In this document: in pieces, positions 1 through 9,936 of the stretch
How positions within the stretch are numbered: the first letter of the stretch is position 1
Layout of the letters: each line of letters starts with the position of its first letter
Assembly: GCA_963732095.1 (NCBI GenBank)
Contig: CAVSZA010000022.1
Span: forward strand, 117,167 to 181,166
From: an uncultured Alphaproteobacteria bacterium
GTDB lineage: Bacteria; Pseudomonadota; Alphaproteobacteria; ATCC43930; CGMCC-115725
Direction of reading: 5' to 3'
DNA length: 64,000 bases
The notes under the pieces: model-generated
Database searches by the model: none
What the model saw: the letters and a program-made list of their open reading frames with translations, nothing else
Told to the model about the DNA's origin: nothing
Translations under genes and position numbers: made by a program

Positions 1-954
1 CTGCGTTTCCTTGAAGTTCGCCCAGATCCAGATGTCGTCGGGCACGAACATCGTAAGGTTTGCACCCGGCTGCGCGTACTGGCCGACAGCGGCGCTGAGC
101 TGAACGACGCGGCCCGGCTGGTCTGCCGTAACCGTGGTATAGGAAAGGTTGAGCTGCGCCTGTTCGCGCTGCGCTTTGGCTTGCGCCAGGCTGGCGACGG
201 CGCTGGCGCGTTGGGCCCTCAGCGCCTCGACTTGCCGCTGCGCCAGTTTGAGGGTCGCTTGCGCACTGTCGACTGCGGCCTGCTGCTGATTCAGCTGTGA
301 GGTGTATTTCTGGGCGTTTTGAACGGTGCCGGCGAGTTGTGTCTGCGCCAGGTCTTGATAGCGCACCGCTTGCTGCTGCGCGAACACCAGCGCCGCCTGC
401 TGCTGCGCCAGCTGTGCCTGGTCGGCGGTGATCTGGGCCTGCTGCACACTCATCTGCGCATCGACATTGTTGATGCTGGCTCGCGCGGCGGCGACCTGCG
501 CCACCGCCTGGGCGAGGGCTGCGCGATAAGTCCGGTCGTCGATACGGGCGATGATCCGGCCGGTGGCGACGTGCTCGTTATCGGTTACCGGGACCGCCGT
601 GATGTAGCCCGACACTTCGGGGGCGATGGCGAATTGCCGCGACGCTATGTAGGCGTCGTCGGTGGCCTCGAAATGACAGGAATTGTCCCAATAAAGGTAG
701 CCGCCCGTTGCTACCAGCAGCAGGCAAACCGTCGTGAGGGCGAAGACAGCCGGGCGCAGACTATTCCTGCCTTTGCGTGACAGCTCATCAGCATCGGGCT
801 CGTGGGTTTCAACATCCGCATCCTTCCGGGGCCACCGCTCCAGCACCTTCGGCGCCGCACCGTCAGGCCACGCACCATGGTCCGCCCCCGGCTCAAATTG
901 CGCGGTTTCCGCCGCGCTTCGAGCGTCCGCTCTCTGATCTTCCAGGTCCAGCAT
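1..954 (-). CDS. HlyD/EmrA-family efflux membrane-fusion protein; 3' end lies outside the window
   Basis: Absent from the ORF track because it runs off the left edge. The reverse frame is open from ATG (cat at 952-954) to position 1. My translation: MLDLEDQRADARS...LRPAVFALTTVCLLLVATGGYLYW (one TM anchor), then HFEATDDAYIASRQFAIAPEVSGYITAVPVTDNEHVATGRIIARIDD (lipoyl-like motif of EmrA/HlyD adaptors), then a long Ala/Gln coiled coil. Divergent from a LysR gene. The listed + ORF 319..780 is its shadow. Confidence 0.8.
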   Translation of the reverse strand, partial: MLDLEDQRADARSAAETAQFEPGADHGAWPDGAAPKVLERWPRKDADVETHEPDADELSRKGRNSLRPAVFALTTVCLLLVATGGYLYWDNSCHFEATDDAYIASRQFAIAPEVSGYITAVPVTDNEHVATGRIIARIDDRTYRAALAQAVAQVAAARASINNVDAQMSVQQAQITADQAQLAQQQAALVFAQQQAVRYQDLAQTQLAGTVQNAQKYTSQLNQQQAAVDSAQATLKLAQRQVEALRAQRASAVASLAQAKAQREQAQLNLSYTTVTADQPGRVVQLSAAVGQYAQPGANLTMFVPDDIWIWANFKETQ

Positions 955-1068
955 CGTCCTCGCCCTTGCGATCTGCTTTCGCGGACCGAAATGAGTAGCG
1001 ATCGACGGAAGACAATTGCTCCTTTTGCGAACAGGCTGTCCGATATCTGCAAACAATAGGAGGGCGGG

Positions 1069-1986
1069 ATGGACCGTTTCGCCAGCATGACGACCTTCGT
1101 AAGGGTTGCCGAAGGCGGCGGGTTCTCGGCGGCTGGCCGCCGCCTAAACCTGTCAAAGGCGACGGTCAGCGACCATGTTCAGGCGCTGGAAAACGCGCTC
1201 GGGGTGCGGCTGTTAAAGCGCACCACCCGCCGGGTCAGTTTGACCGAGATCGGCCGCAGCTATTACGAGCGCTGCGTGCAAATCCTGCACGACCTGGAGG
1301 AAGCCGATGAGATCGCCGACGCCCAACAGGCAACCCCGCGCGGCCAGCTCCGCGTTCACTGCCAACATGGCGTCGTGCAGTTCGTTACACCGGTCGTCGT
1401 CGACTTTCTCGCCCGCTACCCTGAAGCGTCGATCGATCTGCGCTCCGGTCACGCGATGATCGATATGGTAGAGGAGGCGTTCGACCTAGCAATCAGCGCG
1501 TTTCCGCCGCCCGATGCGACCCTTGTCAGACGGCGCTTGGCGACATTCAGCCTGGTGCTATGTGGCGCCCCGGCCTATCTCGAACGACATCCGGCGCCGC
1601 AATCCCCAGCAGACCTCGCTGGTCACAACTGCCTGCGCTACCCATACGCGCCGGAGTTCACGGAGGGGTGGCACTTCCTGGACGCCAGTGGCAATCCGGT
1701 TGTGGTGCGCGTATCGGGAAACCTGATCAGCGGCAGCCCAGATACAGGGCGCGCCGCTGCGGTAGCCGGCATCGGCCTGGTGCTGACGGCGCCGTTCATG
1801 GTTGCCGATTTGCTTGCCTCAGGGGCGCTGGTGCCGCTGCTGCCCAGTTATCGAACGCAGGAGTTTGAGATCGATGCGTTCTATCCTCATCGCCGGCACT
1901 TGAGCGCCAAGGTACGCGCGTTCATCGACATGCTGGTCACCTGGTTCGTCGAACACGAGCACCAACTCAAACCAAGCGGAAGCTAA
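1069..1986 (+). CDS. LysR-family transcriptional regulator
   Basis: N-terminus MDRFASMTTFVRVAEGGGFSAAGRRLNLSKATVSDHVQALENALGVRLLKRTTRRVSLTEIG is the canonical LysR wHTH. About 300 aa with a substrate-binding domain. Divergent from the efflux adaptor gene. Confidence 0.9.
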   Translation: MDRFASMTTFVRVAEGGGFSAAGRRLNLSKATVSDHVQALENALGVRLLKRTTRRVSLTEIGRSYYERCVQILHDLEEADEIADAQQATPRGQLRVHCQHGVVQFVTPVVVDFLARYPEASIDLRSGHAMIDMVEEAFDLAISAFPPPDATLVRRRLATFSLVLCGAPAYLERHPAPQSPADLAGHNCLRYPYAPEFTEGWHFLDASGNPVVVRVSGNLISGSPDTGRAAAVAGIGLVLTAPFMVADLLASGALVPLLPSYRTQEFEIDAFYPHRRHLSAKVRAFIDMLVTWFVEHEHQLKPSGS

Positions 1987-2187
1987 AGGCTACTCTGGGG
2001 TAAGCGACGCCCGAGGCGAGGGTCTGCAGTGGGGCATTAGCGCCCGAAGTCGAACGGCCTGCGCGAGTGACCGCTTCGGGGTCGACAGCCGACCAAAGCG
2101 CTTGCCATCGATTCTGGCGCGCCGCTCATTCGCGATCAGCCCACCGCCGTCTATAAGCGCACCTCCGACGAGCACGGAAGGCTCGGT

Positions 2188-2745
2188 ATGGAGCGCCAAC
2201 GCTTTACTCCACTGCAGCGCCTGCTGCATTGGCTCATGGCGCTCTGCATCTTGGCGATGCTGTTCATCGGCGTCGCCATGGTGTCGACTGTCAAGCCGAA
2301 GCATCTGACGCTTGTTTCGATCCACAAACCGCTCGGTATCGCAATTCTGGTGCTCGCGCTGGTCCGGCTGGCGGTGCGCCCGCGCTATCGCAGCCGCCGC
2401 TGCCGGCCGACCTGTCCGAACCGATGAAGCTCGCGGCCAAGCTGTCCCATTACGCGCTCTACGCCCTGATGATCGGCATGCCGCTCCTCGGCTGGGGGGA
2501 TGCTGTCGGCGGCCTCCTACCCGGTCGTGCTGTTTGGGGGCGTGCACCTTCCAGCGATCCTGCCGTAGAGCGACGGCCTGCATACACTGCTGTGGAATGC
2601 GCACTTCTACGTTGGTTTCGTGTTCTTTGCGCTGATCCTGCTGCATGTCGCGGCGGCGCTCTTCCACGCGCTCGTGAGGCGCGACGGGGTATTCGACGCA
2701 ATGGCGCCGGTGCCGGCTCACGACGAGGTCGCGCCCGCGCAGTGA
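2188..2745 (+). pseudogene. cytochrome b561 (CybB/YceJ-like), disrupted by two frameshifts and one in-frame stop
   Basis: Three pieces reassemble a full b561. Frame 1: MERQRFTPLQRLLHWLMALCILAMLFIGVAM...HKPLGIAILVLALVRLAVRPRY. Frame 3: QPPLPADLSEPMKLAAKLSHYALYALMIGMPLLGW. Frame 1 again: MLSAASYPVVLFGGVHLPAILP-TAG-SDGLHTLLWNAHFYVGFVFFALILLHVAAALFHALVRRDGVFDAM. Lesions: -1 near 2389-2391, +1 in the G6 run 2494-2499, TAG at 2566-2568. Confidence 0.75.
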
Positions 2746-2920
2746 CTGGCCGTTCCGGGGTTTTGACTGCAGAGTGAGGCAGTTTCGGGAGCGCAGCGCG
2801 CTGGACCGCGTCGCAATTAACCTTGAATTTTATTCGCTTAACGATCAATTCAATGCGGAAATTAACTTTTCGAGGCTAGGCTCATCCATCGACAAAATGG
2901 TTTAACTACAGGAGTTTGAA

Positions 2921-3079
2921 ATGAAGGCCCTGACCTCGTTGCTGAGAGACGAACGCGGCGTTACGGCCATCGAATACAGCTTGATCGCGGCGTTGATTGC
3001 AGTCGCAGCCATTGGCTCGTTTACATTGATCGGCACGACTATCAGCACCACCTTCAGCACTGTCGCCAGCAAGCTGTAG
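2921..3079 (+). CDS. flp: Flp/Fap-family type IVb pilin (52 aa)
   Basis: Below the ORF-track size cutoff. AGGAG at 2910-2914, ATG 2921, TAG 3077-3079. Translation MKALTSLLRDERGVTAIEYSLIAALIAVAAIGSFTLIGTTISTTFSTVASKL carries the Flp signature (G-x-TAIEY-x-LIAALIAV) and a hydrophobic core. Confidence 0.8.
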   Translation: MKALTSLLRDERGVTAIEYSLIAALIAVAAIGSFTLIGTTISTTFSTVASKL

Positions 3080-3534
3080 CCGCCAATTCGCAGCCGGCGC
3101 CCACACCGAATTGTCCGAGGTCTCCACCGGATAGACCACGCCGACCAATACGGAGCCGGCGCTTCCAATCCTGGTGCGTCGCAGTTCACAGCGTCGCGGT
3201 CGCGACGGCCTCCTTTCAGGGGATTGCCCGTCGTACCAAGCGCAAGCTCGAAGCGAGCGACGCGACGAGCAGCCAGACCCGTTACGATCTGAAGGATGGC
3301 GCGCCGGCATTTGCCGCCGGAAGAGGCCGATCGAATCAAGGCGCAACGGGCGGCGTAGTCGCCCGCGAGACCGGAACCTGCTCGAATACTTCTGCGGGCT
3401 GACCAACGGGTGGTGCGCCGATTACGGCCGCCACGGCGCCGCGACCGAATCCTCGAGCCTCGCTACCGTGCCCAGCCCGCAGACCGTTTTCGCGGAAAGA
3501 GGAACGGTCTAATATAACATGGCGAGGGTCCAGC

Positions 3535-5998
3535 ATGCGCCGGTCGCCAGACTTAGGGAGGAATAGGCCCGCTATGGCCGTTGCCGCTAGCGAGGTTGGC
3601 GAAACTGAAAAGATCGCAGCTTCTGTCGAAGCCAAGGTTAACCAACAAAGCTCACCGGAATTCGATATCCGATCGGCACTGGAAGCCGGAGAGATTGGCG
3701 TTTGGGATTGGGACCTCACAAAGGATCGCATGTGCTGGTCCGAGCAAATGTTCCGCAATATGGCGCTGGATCTGGGTCGGAGCGGCGATCTTTATCAGCG
3801 TCTTCTAGCGGCGATACATCCGACTGATCGAAAGAGCGTCGCGGCGGCGTTTGCGGAATTCCGCAAATGTCCGGGTCCTATGCGGGTCGAAGCCAGGCTC
3901 GTTTGGCCCGGCGACGAACCGCATTGGATCGTGTTTCTCGGGCGAACGGAACCCGGAGCGGATGGGGCGCCGACGCGCATGCACGGCATCACGATCGACA
4001 GCACCCGGCGCCGCAAGAACGAGGAGACGAGCGCGGCGGCATTGTCCGAAAGCGGGCGCCGGCTGAGCGAGTTGAACACCAGACTGGAGCAGCTTGCCGA
4101 GCGCCAACAGCGTCAGCTCGGCGCCAGCCGCGCGCAGATTCAAGCGATCTTCGACAATTCGCCGGATTGGCTGACGCTGTTTCGCGCCACCGCCGATGGC
4201 CGCTTTGTGTACGTGGATCTCAATCGTGCAACCGAGCGTGCCTATGGTCTCGGTTACGAGCAGGTCGTCGGCCGCACCGTCGAAGAAATCCTCGGTCCCC
4301 AGCAGGCTGAACTGCCGCTCCGCCTGATGCGGGCCTGCATCCATAGCGGTGAAAATCAACGCTATACGGCGCGGCGGACGATGGCCGGCGTAACCCGGTC
4401 GATCGACGTCATGTTTGTGCGCGTCCCCGAGCAGCTGGACGGCGATTACCACATCATGGCCACAGCCCGGGACATCACCGAGCGTGACGAAATAGAGGAG
4501 CGCCTGCGCCGCGAAAGGCTGCTCTTCGAGCTGATCATCGAAAATACGTCGGAAGGCATAATCGTCGTCGACAACCAAATGCGGCACTTGGTGTGGAACG
4601 CCGCTATCGAACATATCAACGGCCAGCCTCGCAGCGCTGTGCTGGGGAAGACCGTCTTCGAGATATTCCCACAATTCTCCGATCATCCCGTCGGGCATGC
4701 CTGGCATGAGGCGCTGACGGGACGTCGGGCGGAGATGCGCGACTATCGGTTTTTCTCGGAAACGCGCCGCGCCGAAATCATCTACGACGCCGATTTCACG
4801 CCGCTCTACGACCAGCGCGGCTCGATCATTGGGGCGATCTGCATATTGCGCGAGACAACCGAGCGCCACCGGATGGAGCATCTGTCGAAGCTGGAGACCG
4901 TCGCCCAGCTTACCGGCGGTGTCGCCCACGATTTCAATAATCTGCTGACGGCGGCCATGGGCTGCCTCGAGATGATTCTCCGCGGCGGCAAGAGTGAACG
5001 CATCGCTTCTCTGGCTGAGATGGCGCTTCGATCGCTAAACCGCGGAGTGCAGTTGACCCAGCAGCTTCTCGCGTTCGCGCGGCGCCAGACGCTGCGCCCG
5101 GTTTCGGCAGACCTAAATGCATTGCTGACAGAGATCGAGGTCCTGATCCGTCGCGCGGTCGGCGAGACAATCGATGTCGTCATCGACGTCGCGCCCGAGC
5201 TGCCCCGCTGCGAAGTCGATCCGGCCCAATTCGAAGCTGCCGTGATGAACCTCGTCATCAACGCGCGGGACGCCATGCCGGAAAGCGGTCGCGTCAAGAC
5301 TCACTATCCGCAAGGTCGAGACGGGACAGATCCCGGCAGATATCGACCTTCGCTCGGGCGATTACGTCGCGTTCGCGGTCGAGGACAACGGCGAAGGAAT
5401 GAGACCGGAGGTCGCGGCTCGCGCGTTCGAGCCGTTCTATACGACCAAGGAGATCGGCAAGGGATCTGGGCTCGGTTTGTCAATGGTGTACGGTTTTGCC
5501 AAACAATCGGGTGGCGGGGTTCACATCGAAAGCGCAGTTGGCAGGGGCACGTCTGTGACCCTCTATCTACCGACCGCTTCATTCACCGCAGAAAACGCCC
5601 AGCGGAACCGCGCGCCGGATGAGCCGCGGCAAGGTGCAGGCTCGATCCTCGTCGTCGAGGATGACGCTCAGGTTCGTGACGTGTCGGTCGAAATTCTCCA
5701 AGACCTCGGGTATCGCACATTGGTGGCTCGAAACGGCCAGGAAGCGCTCGAAGCGTTGCTGCGCCACGACCGGATCGACCTGTTGTTTACCGACTTGGTC
5801 ATGCCGGGCGGCATGTCGGGGGTCGCACTCGCGCGACAGGCGCAGGTGATACGCCCCGGCTTGCGCGTCCTGGTGACGACCGGTTATGCCGGGCTGGAAG
5901 CCGCCGCCACCGATGATTTCCCGATCATCGCAAAACCGTTCCGCTCGGCGGAGCTGAGCCTCGCCATTGCCCGGCTGATCGGTCATAGCCCTGATTAG
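3535..5998 (+). pseudogene. multi-PAS hybrid sensor histidine kinase/response regulator, split by one frameshift in the ATPase domain
   Basis: ORF 3535..5622 carries PAS repeats, HisKA (VAQLTGGVAHDFNNLLT) and the N-box (AVMNLVINARDAMPESGRV), then degenerates. ORF 5399..5998 in another frame continues correctly: LTIRKVETGQIPADIDLRSGDYVAFAVEDNGEGMRPEVAARAFEPFYTTKEIGKGSGLGLSMVYGF, then the REC domain (ILVVEDD...DLLFTDLVMPGGMSG...KPF). One extra base near 5296-5300. Confidence 0.8.
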
Positions 5999-6125
5999 CC
6001 GTAGAGTATCAATGCGGCCCGCGTAGGGCTGGTAGAAATCGCGGCCCGGCGCGAACAACAGCACCGGCACCTTCGCCGAAGCCGGATCGGTGTCGGCTTG
6101 GTGGCGACGGCACAACCATCTGGGC

Positions 6126-6605
6126 CTACCCCCTTTTCCTCGGGCTGTCGTGAATGGCAGCCCCAAAGGGATCGTTTCCCGCGGATTCGAGGGTCGTTGC
6201 GCTTCCCATCAGCTGCTCGAGCTGGCCCGGAGACAACCACCTGCGGAGGGAGTTGAATTCGAACCCCGGCACGTTACGCGCTAGAACACGTAAGAGACGA
6301 CGGATCACAGGAAAATCCGCCGGCCCGTAGAAAGCGATGTCGCATGCAAGGTCGATTTCGTGCTCGAGCGCGACGTCGAGCAAGGCGCAGAAGTCTTCCA
6401 GCGTCGTCGCCGGCGCATCCCGGATTTCGGCGACGAGCGAATTGATATCGAGCAGCAGCCGCGCTTGCCGCTCGCGCATTGGTGCAAGGTCGGCCCTCCT
6501 CGCCCGGGCGGCGTCGATTGCAATGGCGAGCTCATGGTGCTCGTCCTCGAGCTCAGCCCATCGCTTGTGCAGCACGGAGGCTGAGGAGCGCAGGCATTCA
6601 GTCAC
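6126..6605 (-). CDS. hypothetical protein (159 aa)
   Basis: Only plausible non-shadow ORF in this interval. Composition is normal and acidic/helical (MTECLRSSASVLHKRWAELEDEHHELAIAIDAARARRADL...). I recognise no motif. Confidence 0.5.
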   Translation of the reverse strand: MTECLRSSASVLHKRWAELEDEHHELAIAIDAARARRADLAPMRERQARLLLDINSLVAEIRDAPATTLEDFCALLDVALEHEIDLACDIAFYGPADFPVIRRLLRVLARNVPGFEFNSLRRWLSPGQLEQLMGSATTLESAGNDPFGAAIHDSPRKRG

Positions 6606-6893
6606 GGTTTATCCTCCCCTTGTCCCTGATCGGGATCGACACGCGCGACGGTGCGACCGTCGAGCCGATTAGTAGGAGCCATTTGCGTGCAGAGTTAAAG
6701 TTCAAAGCCGCCACCGACCGCCGATGCCGCGGGATCAGGTTTACCCGGCGATACCTTCGTGAGATATAGCGCGGGTGCCAATCGCGACCGCTCGCTCACT
6801 CGCAAGAGATGACACTTTGTTTGCGCGCGTACTTATAATACGGTTAACGCATCCCGGCGTAGGGAGGGCCGGCAAAGGGATACGGCGCCCGAG

Positions 6894-9116
6894 ATGTCCG
6901 CTTCGCGTCATCCGGGACGCCCGGAAAGGGCGAAGGCGGTGACATCGAATCTTGGCCCGACTGAGGAATACATCGCTCCTTATGCAGGCGGGTGGGTGCC
7001 GCGGGCGTTGCCAAGAATTTATCTGGTCGGCGCCATGCGGGCGATCGCGCCCGGCGGGGCCGATTTTTTGCCCCGCGGACGGAAAACACGCGGGTTACTG
7101 GCCTGTTTGTGCCTCGCGCAAGGCGAGCGCATCTCGAGAAGTCGTCTTGTCGGCCTGTTATGGGACCGCTCGGCCGACGCGCAGGCCCGGATGAGCTTGC
7201 GGCAATCACTTTCGGAGCTCAACGGCATCGTCAATCGCCACGTTTCGGGCCTCGTGGAGATCGGTCGCGACAGCGTCCGCATCGATGTGCGGAAGTGCTG
7301 GATCGACGCGCTCGCGATCCTCGATGCGAGCGCCGACGCGACCGCGGACTCCAGCAACCTCGTCCAACCGTATAGCGAACGTCTCCTCGAGGATCTCGAC
7401 GGGATCACGCCCTCGTTCGATCACTGGCTCGCAGGCGAGCGAACGCGCTTCGAGGATCGCGTGCGAAAAATTTTAGAGGCGGAGCTCGACCGCCTGACCG
7501 AGCAGAACGCGAAACCGGAAGTGCGCGCAGCGGCCGCGCGGCGACTGATCAACTTCGAGCCGACACATGAGGGCGCCGTGCGCAGCCTGATGAAGGCTTT
7601 TGCGCAAATGGGCGATCGCGCCCAGGCGATTCGCGAATTCGAGCGCTGTCGGCAGGCGCTGGTGACTGTGCTCGACTTGCCCCCCTCCGAGGAGACCACT
7701 GCCGTCTACGAAGCCATACGCGTCGAATCGCCCCAGAAGGCTTCCCCGTCGATCTTAGCGGGACCTGCGGGGGCCGAAGCGAGTGAGACCCCGGCGGGTT
7801 TGCTTACTACGCCTCCCGCACGCTGGAACGTCGAAAAGCAAAGCGATCCCTCCGCCGCTCACGCGTACGACTCCGGGCATGAGCGTCGGCGTGAACCCTC
7901 GATCGCAGTGCTGCCGTTTCGCAACATCACCGGCGATCCGGCACACGACTTCGTCGCCGAAGGGCTCGTCGAGGATCTCATTGAAGCATTATCTCGCGTC
8001 CCAAATTTTTTCGTGATCTCTCGGCTGTCGACACTGGCTTTCAGAAACCAGGATCGGCACCCGCGCGAGATCGGCAATGTGCTGGGGGTCCGCTACGTTC
8101 TCTCGGGCAGTTTGCGGGTCCTCGGGGACCGGCTACGTTTGACGATCGAACTGACCGACACGCAATTGGAAGCGGCGCTGTGGTTATCGAGGCTGGATGA
8201 AAGATTTCTCGACCTCTTCGAGGTTCAGGACCGCTTGTGCGAGATGATTGTCCAAAAGGTCGCGCCCCACCTGCACGCAGCCGAGATGAAGCGCATCCGC
8301 GTCAAGCGGCCGGACAGCCTGGAAGCCTATGACCTCTTTCTGCGCGCGCAAGAGAACATGCACAATTCCTCGCGCCCGGTCTTCGAGACGTCGGAAGCGC
8401 TGTTCGACGCAGCGCTCGCGAAGGATCCGCATTACGCGGCTGCTCTTGCCTGGCGGGCTTATTGGCATGTTCTGCGTGTCGGACAGGGGTGGTCGCCTGA
8501 TCCGGCGAACGACGCGGCACAGGCGGACCACTTTGCGCGGTCGGCAATCGAATGCAACAGCATGGAACCGATGGCGTTCGCCGTTCACGGCCATATCGCG
8601 TCCTATCTGTACAAGGACTTCGATCTTGCATTCCGCCGTTTCGACACGGCGCTGCGCATCAACGCCAATGCTGCGTCGGTGTGGCTGTGGAGTGCCGCGG
8701 CACATGCCTGGTTGGGCAATGGTTCCCAGGCCATTGACGAGATCAACAAGGCGATGGCGCTCTCGCCCTACGACCCGTTGATGTACGCTTATAGCGGCAT
8801 TGCCGGAATGGCCTACCTCGCCGGCGGCCAATACGAGCGGGCGATCGAGTGTGCTCTTCGGTCCCTGCGGGAAAACCGAACTTACACACACGCATATCGG
8901 TTACTTGTAATGGCCTTGGTGCTCGCTGGCCGGGAGGACGAAGCACGAGTACCCGCGCGCCGGCTGCTCGAGCTCGAGCCTGGGTTGACAGTAGCAAGCT
9001 TCCGGCGTCGTTATCCCGGCAGTGCCAGCCCGCAGGCCGATCTCTTTTGCGACGCCCTCGCGAGCGCCGGGGTCCCGATTTCTGCTCCAAATGATGCGAT
9101 AACGACGCGGAAATAA
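6894..9116 (+). CDS. BTAD/SARP-type winged-helix regulator fused to a TolB-N-like module and C-terminal TPR repeats
   Basis: The N-terminal region (GRKTRGLLACLCLAQGERISRSRLVGLLWDRSADAQARMSLRQSLSELN) resembles a wHTH, followed by a BTAD-like helical region (EGAVRSLMKAFAQMGDRAQAIREFERCRQAL). IAVLPFRNITGDPAHDFVAEGLVEDLIEALSRVPNFFVISRLS is the TolB-amino-terminal-like motif. A TPR-like C-terminus follows. Confidence 0.75.
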   Translation: MSASRHPGRPERAKAVTSNLGPTEEYIAPYAGGWVPRALPRIYLVGAMRAIAPGGADFLPRGRKTRGLLACLCLAQGERISRSRLVGLLWDRSADAQARMSLRQSLSELNGIVNRHVSGLVEIGRDSVRIDVRKCWIDALAILDASADATADSSNLVQPYSERLLEDLDGITPSFDHWLAGERTRFEDRVRKILEAELDRLTEQNAKPEVRAAAARRLINFEPTHEGAVRSLMKAFAQMGDRAQAIREFERCRQALVTVLDLPPSEETTAVYEAIRVESPQKASPSILAGPAGAEASETPAGLLTTPPARWNVEKQSDPSAAHAYDSGHERRREPSIAVLPFRNITGDPAHDFVAEGLVEDLIEALSRVPNFFVISRLSTLAFRNQDRHPREIGNVLGVRYVLSGSLRVLGDRLRLTIELTDTQLEAALWLSRLDERFLDLFEVQDRLCEMIVQKVAPHLHAAEMKRIRVKRPDSLEAYDLFLRAQENMHNSSRPVFETSEALFDAALAKDPHYAAALAWRAYWHVLRVGQGWSPDPANDAAQADHFARSAIECNSMEPMAFAVHGHIASYLYKDFDLAFRRFDTALRINANAASVWLWSAAAHAWLGNGSQAIDEINKAMALSPYDPLMYAYSGIAGMAYLAGGQYERAIECALRSLRENRTYTHAYRLLVMALVLAGREDEARVPARRLLELEPGLTVASFRRRYPGSASPQADLFCDALASAGVPISAPNDAITTRK

Positions 9117-9193
9117 GGCGAGCCCAATCCCACCGCGGTATTCCGAGCTGCGAGCGGGTTCTGGCGAGTAGGGAGAGTTGCGGAGGTATTGCA

Positions 9194-9925
9194 ATGAGTG
9201 CAGTTGAGACCGACCCGGTGAAACAGCAGGTCGCCGCGCATTGGGGTCGGCGGGCGGCGCATTTCGACGAGGATTTCGGACACAGTATCCGCACCGCCGC
9301 GGAGCGATCTGCGTGGAATCGCATTTTCGATCTCGTTGTGGCCAGGCGGAGTGGGCTGGATGTGCTCGATGCGGGCTGCGGCACGGGGTTTCTAAGCCTC
9401 GAACTCGCGTCCCGCGGGCACCGGGTGACCGGTGTCGATTTTGCCCCTGCGATGCTGGCCGAGGCGCGCCGCAAGGCCGCGGAGCAGGGCGCGTCGATCC
9501 GTTTCGAGGAAGGCGATGCAGAGCAGCTGCCGTTCACCGCCGGAAGCTTCGATCTCGTCGTCAGCCGGCATGTGCTGTGGACCTTGCCGCACCCGGAGGC
9601 GGCAATCGACGAGTGGATTCGGGTGCTGCGACCCGGCGGGCGGCTCGCCGTCATCGACGGGCAGTTCGACCCCAACTTTTCGGTACATCAAAACGAGAAT
9701 GCCCGAACCAGCAACGAATACGCCGTGATCGGCGACCGTTTGCCTTTCCTGGGCGGCCGCCCGCGCGAGGAAATCGAGGCTCTGCTCCGCGCGCACGGGC
9801 TAATGGATGTCGGCAGCGACCCGGTGCTCGATCTGGTCGAAGCGCAGGCCGACCGCATGGTCGGGGAGGGCAGGGAACGTCAGACGCGCCGCCGCTATGT
9901 CGCGTGGGGCGAGGTGGCGCGCTGA
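9194..9925 (+). CDS. class I SAM-dependent methyltransferase
   Basis: GGAGG at 9182-9186. Motif I VLDAGCGTGFLSLELASRGHRVTGVDFAPAML and post-I/II (FDLVVSRHVLWTLPHPEAAIDEWIRVLRPGGRL). Confidence 0.85.
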   Translation: MSAVETDPVKQQVAAHWGRRAAHFDEDFGHSIRTAAERSAWNRIFDLVVARRSGLDVLDAGCGTGFLSLELASRGHRVTGVDFAPAMLAEARRKAAEQGASIRFEEGDAEQLPFTAGSFDLVVSRHVLWTLPHPEAAIDEWIRVLRPGGRLAVIDGQFDPNFSVHQNENARTSNEYAVIGDRLPFLGGRPREEIEALLRAHGLMDVGSDPVLDLVEAQADRMVGEGRERQTRRRYVAWGEVAR

Positions 9926-9936
9926 GCTTTCGGGGC

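Noticed and set aside
319-1156. ORFs 319..780 (+), 711..1088 (-), 777..998 (+), 802..1059 (+), 893..1156 (-).
   Set aside because: They overlap the edge-truncated HlyD/EmrA gene (1..954, minus) or the short intergenic region before the LysR gene, and their composition is shadow-like.
9241-9936. N-terminal 232 codons of the 459-aa ORF 9241..10620. Similar N-terminal extensions occur in ORFs 46938..48887, 52334..53803, 17735..18925, 18322..20262, 39955..40656 and 38083..38439.
   Set aside because: These extensions overlap the preceding real gene in another frame and are Arg/Pro-rich. Recognisable protein sequence and an SD begin at the internal starts given in the feature list.
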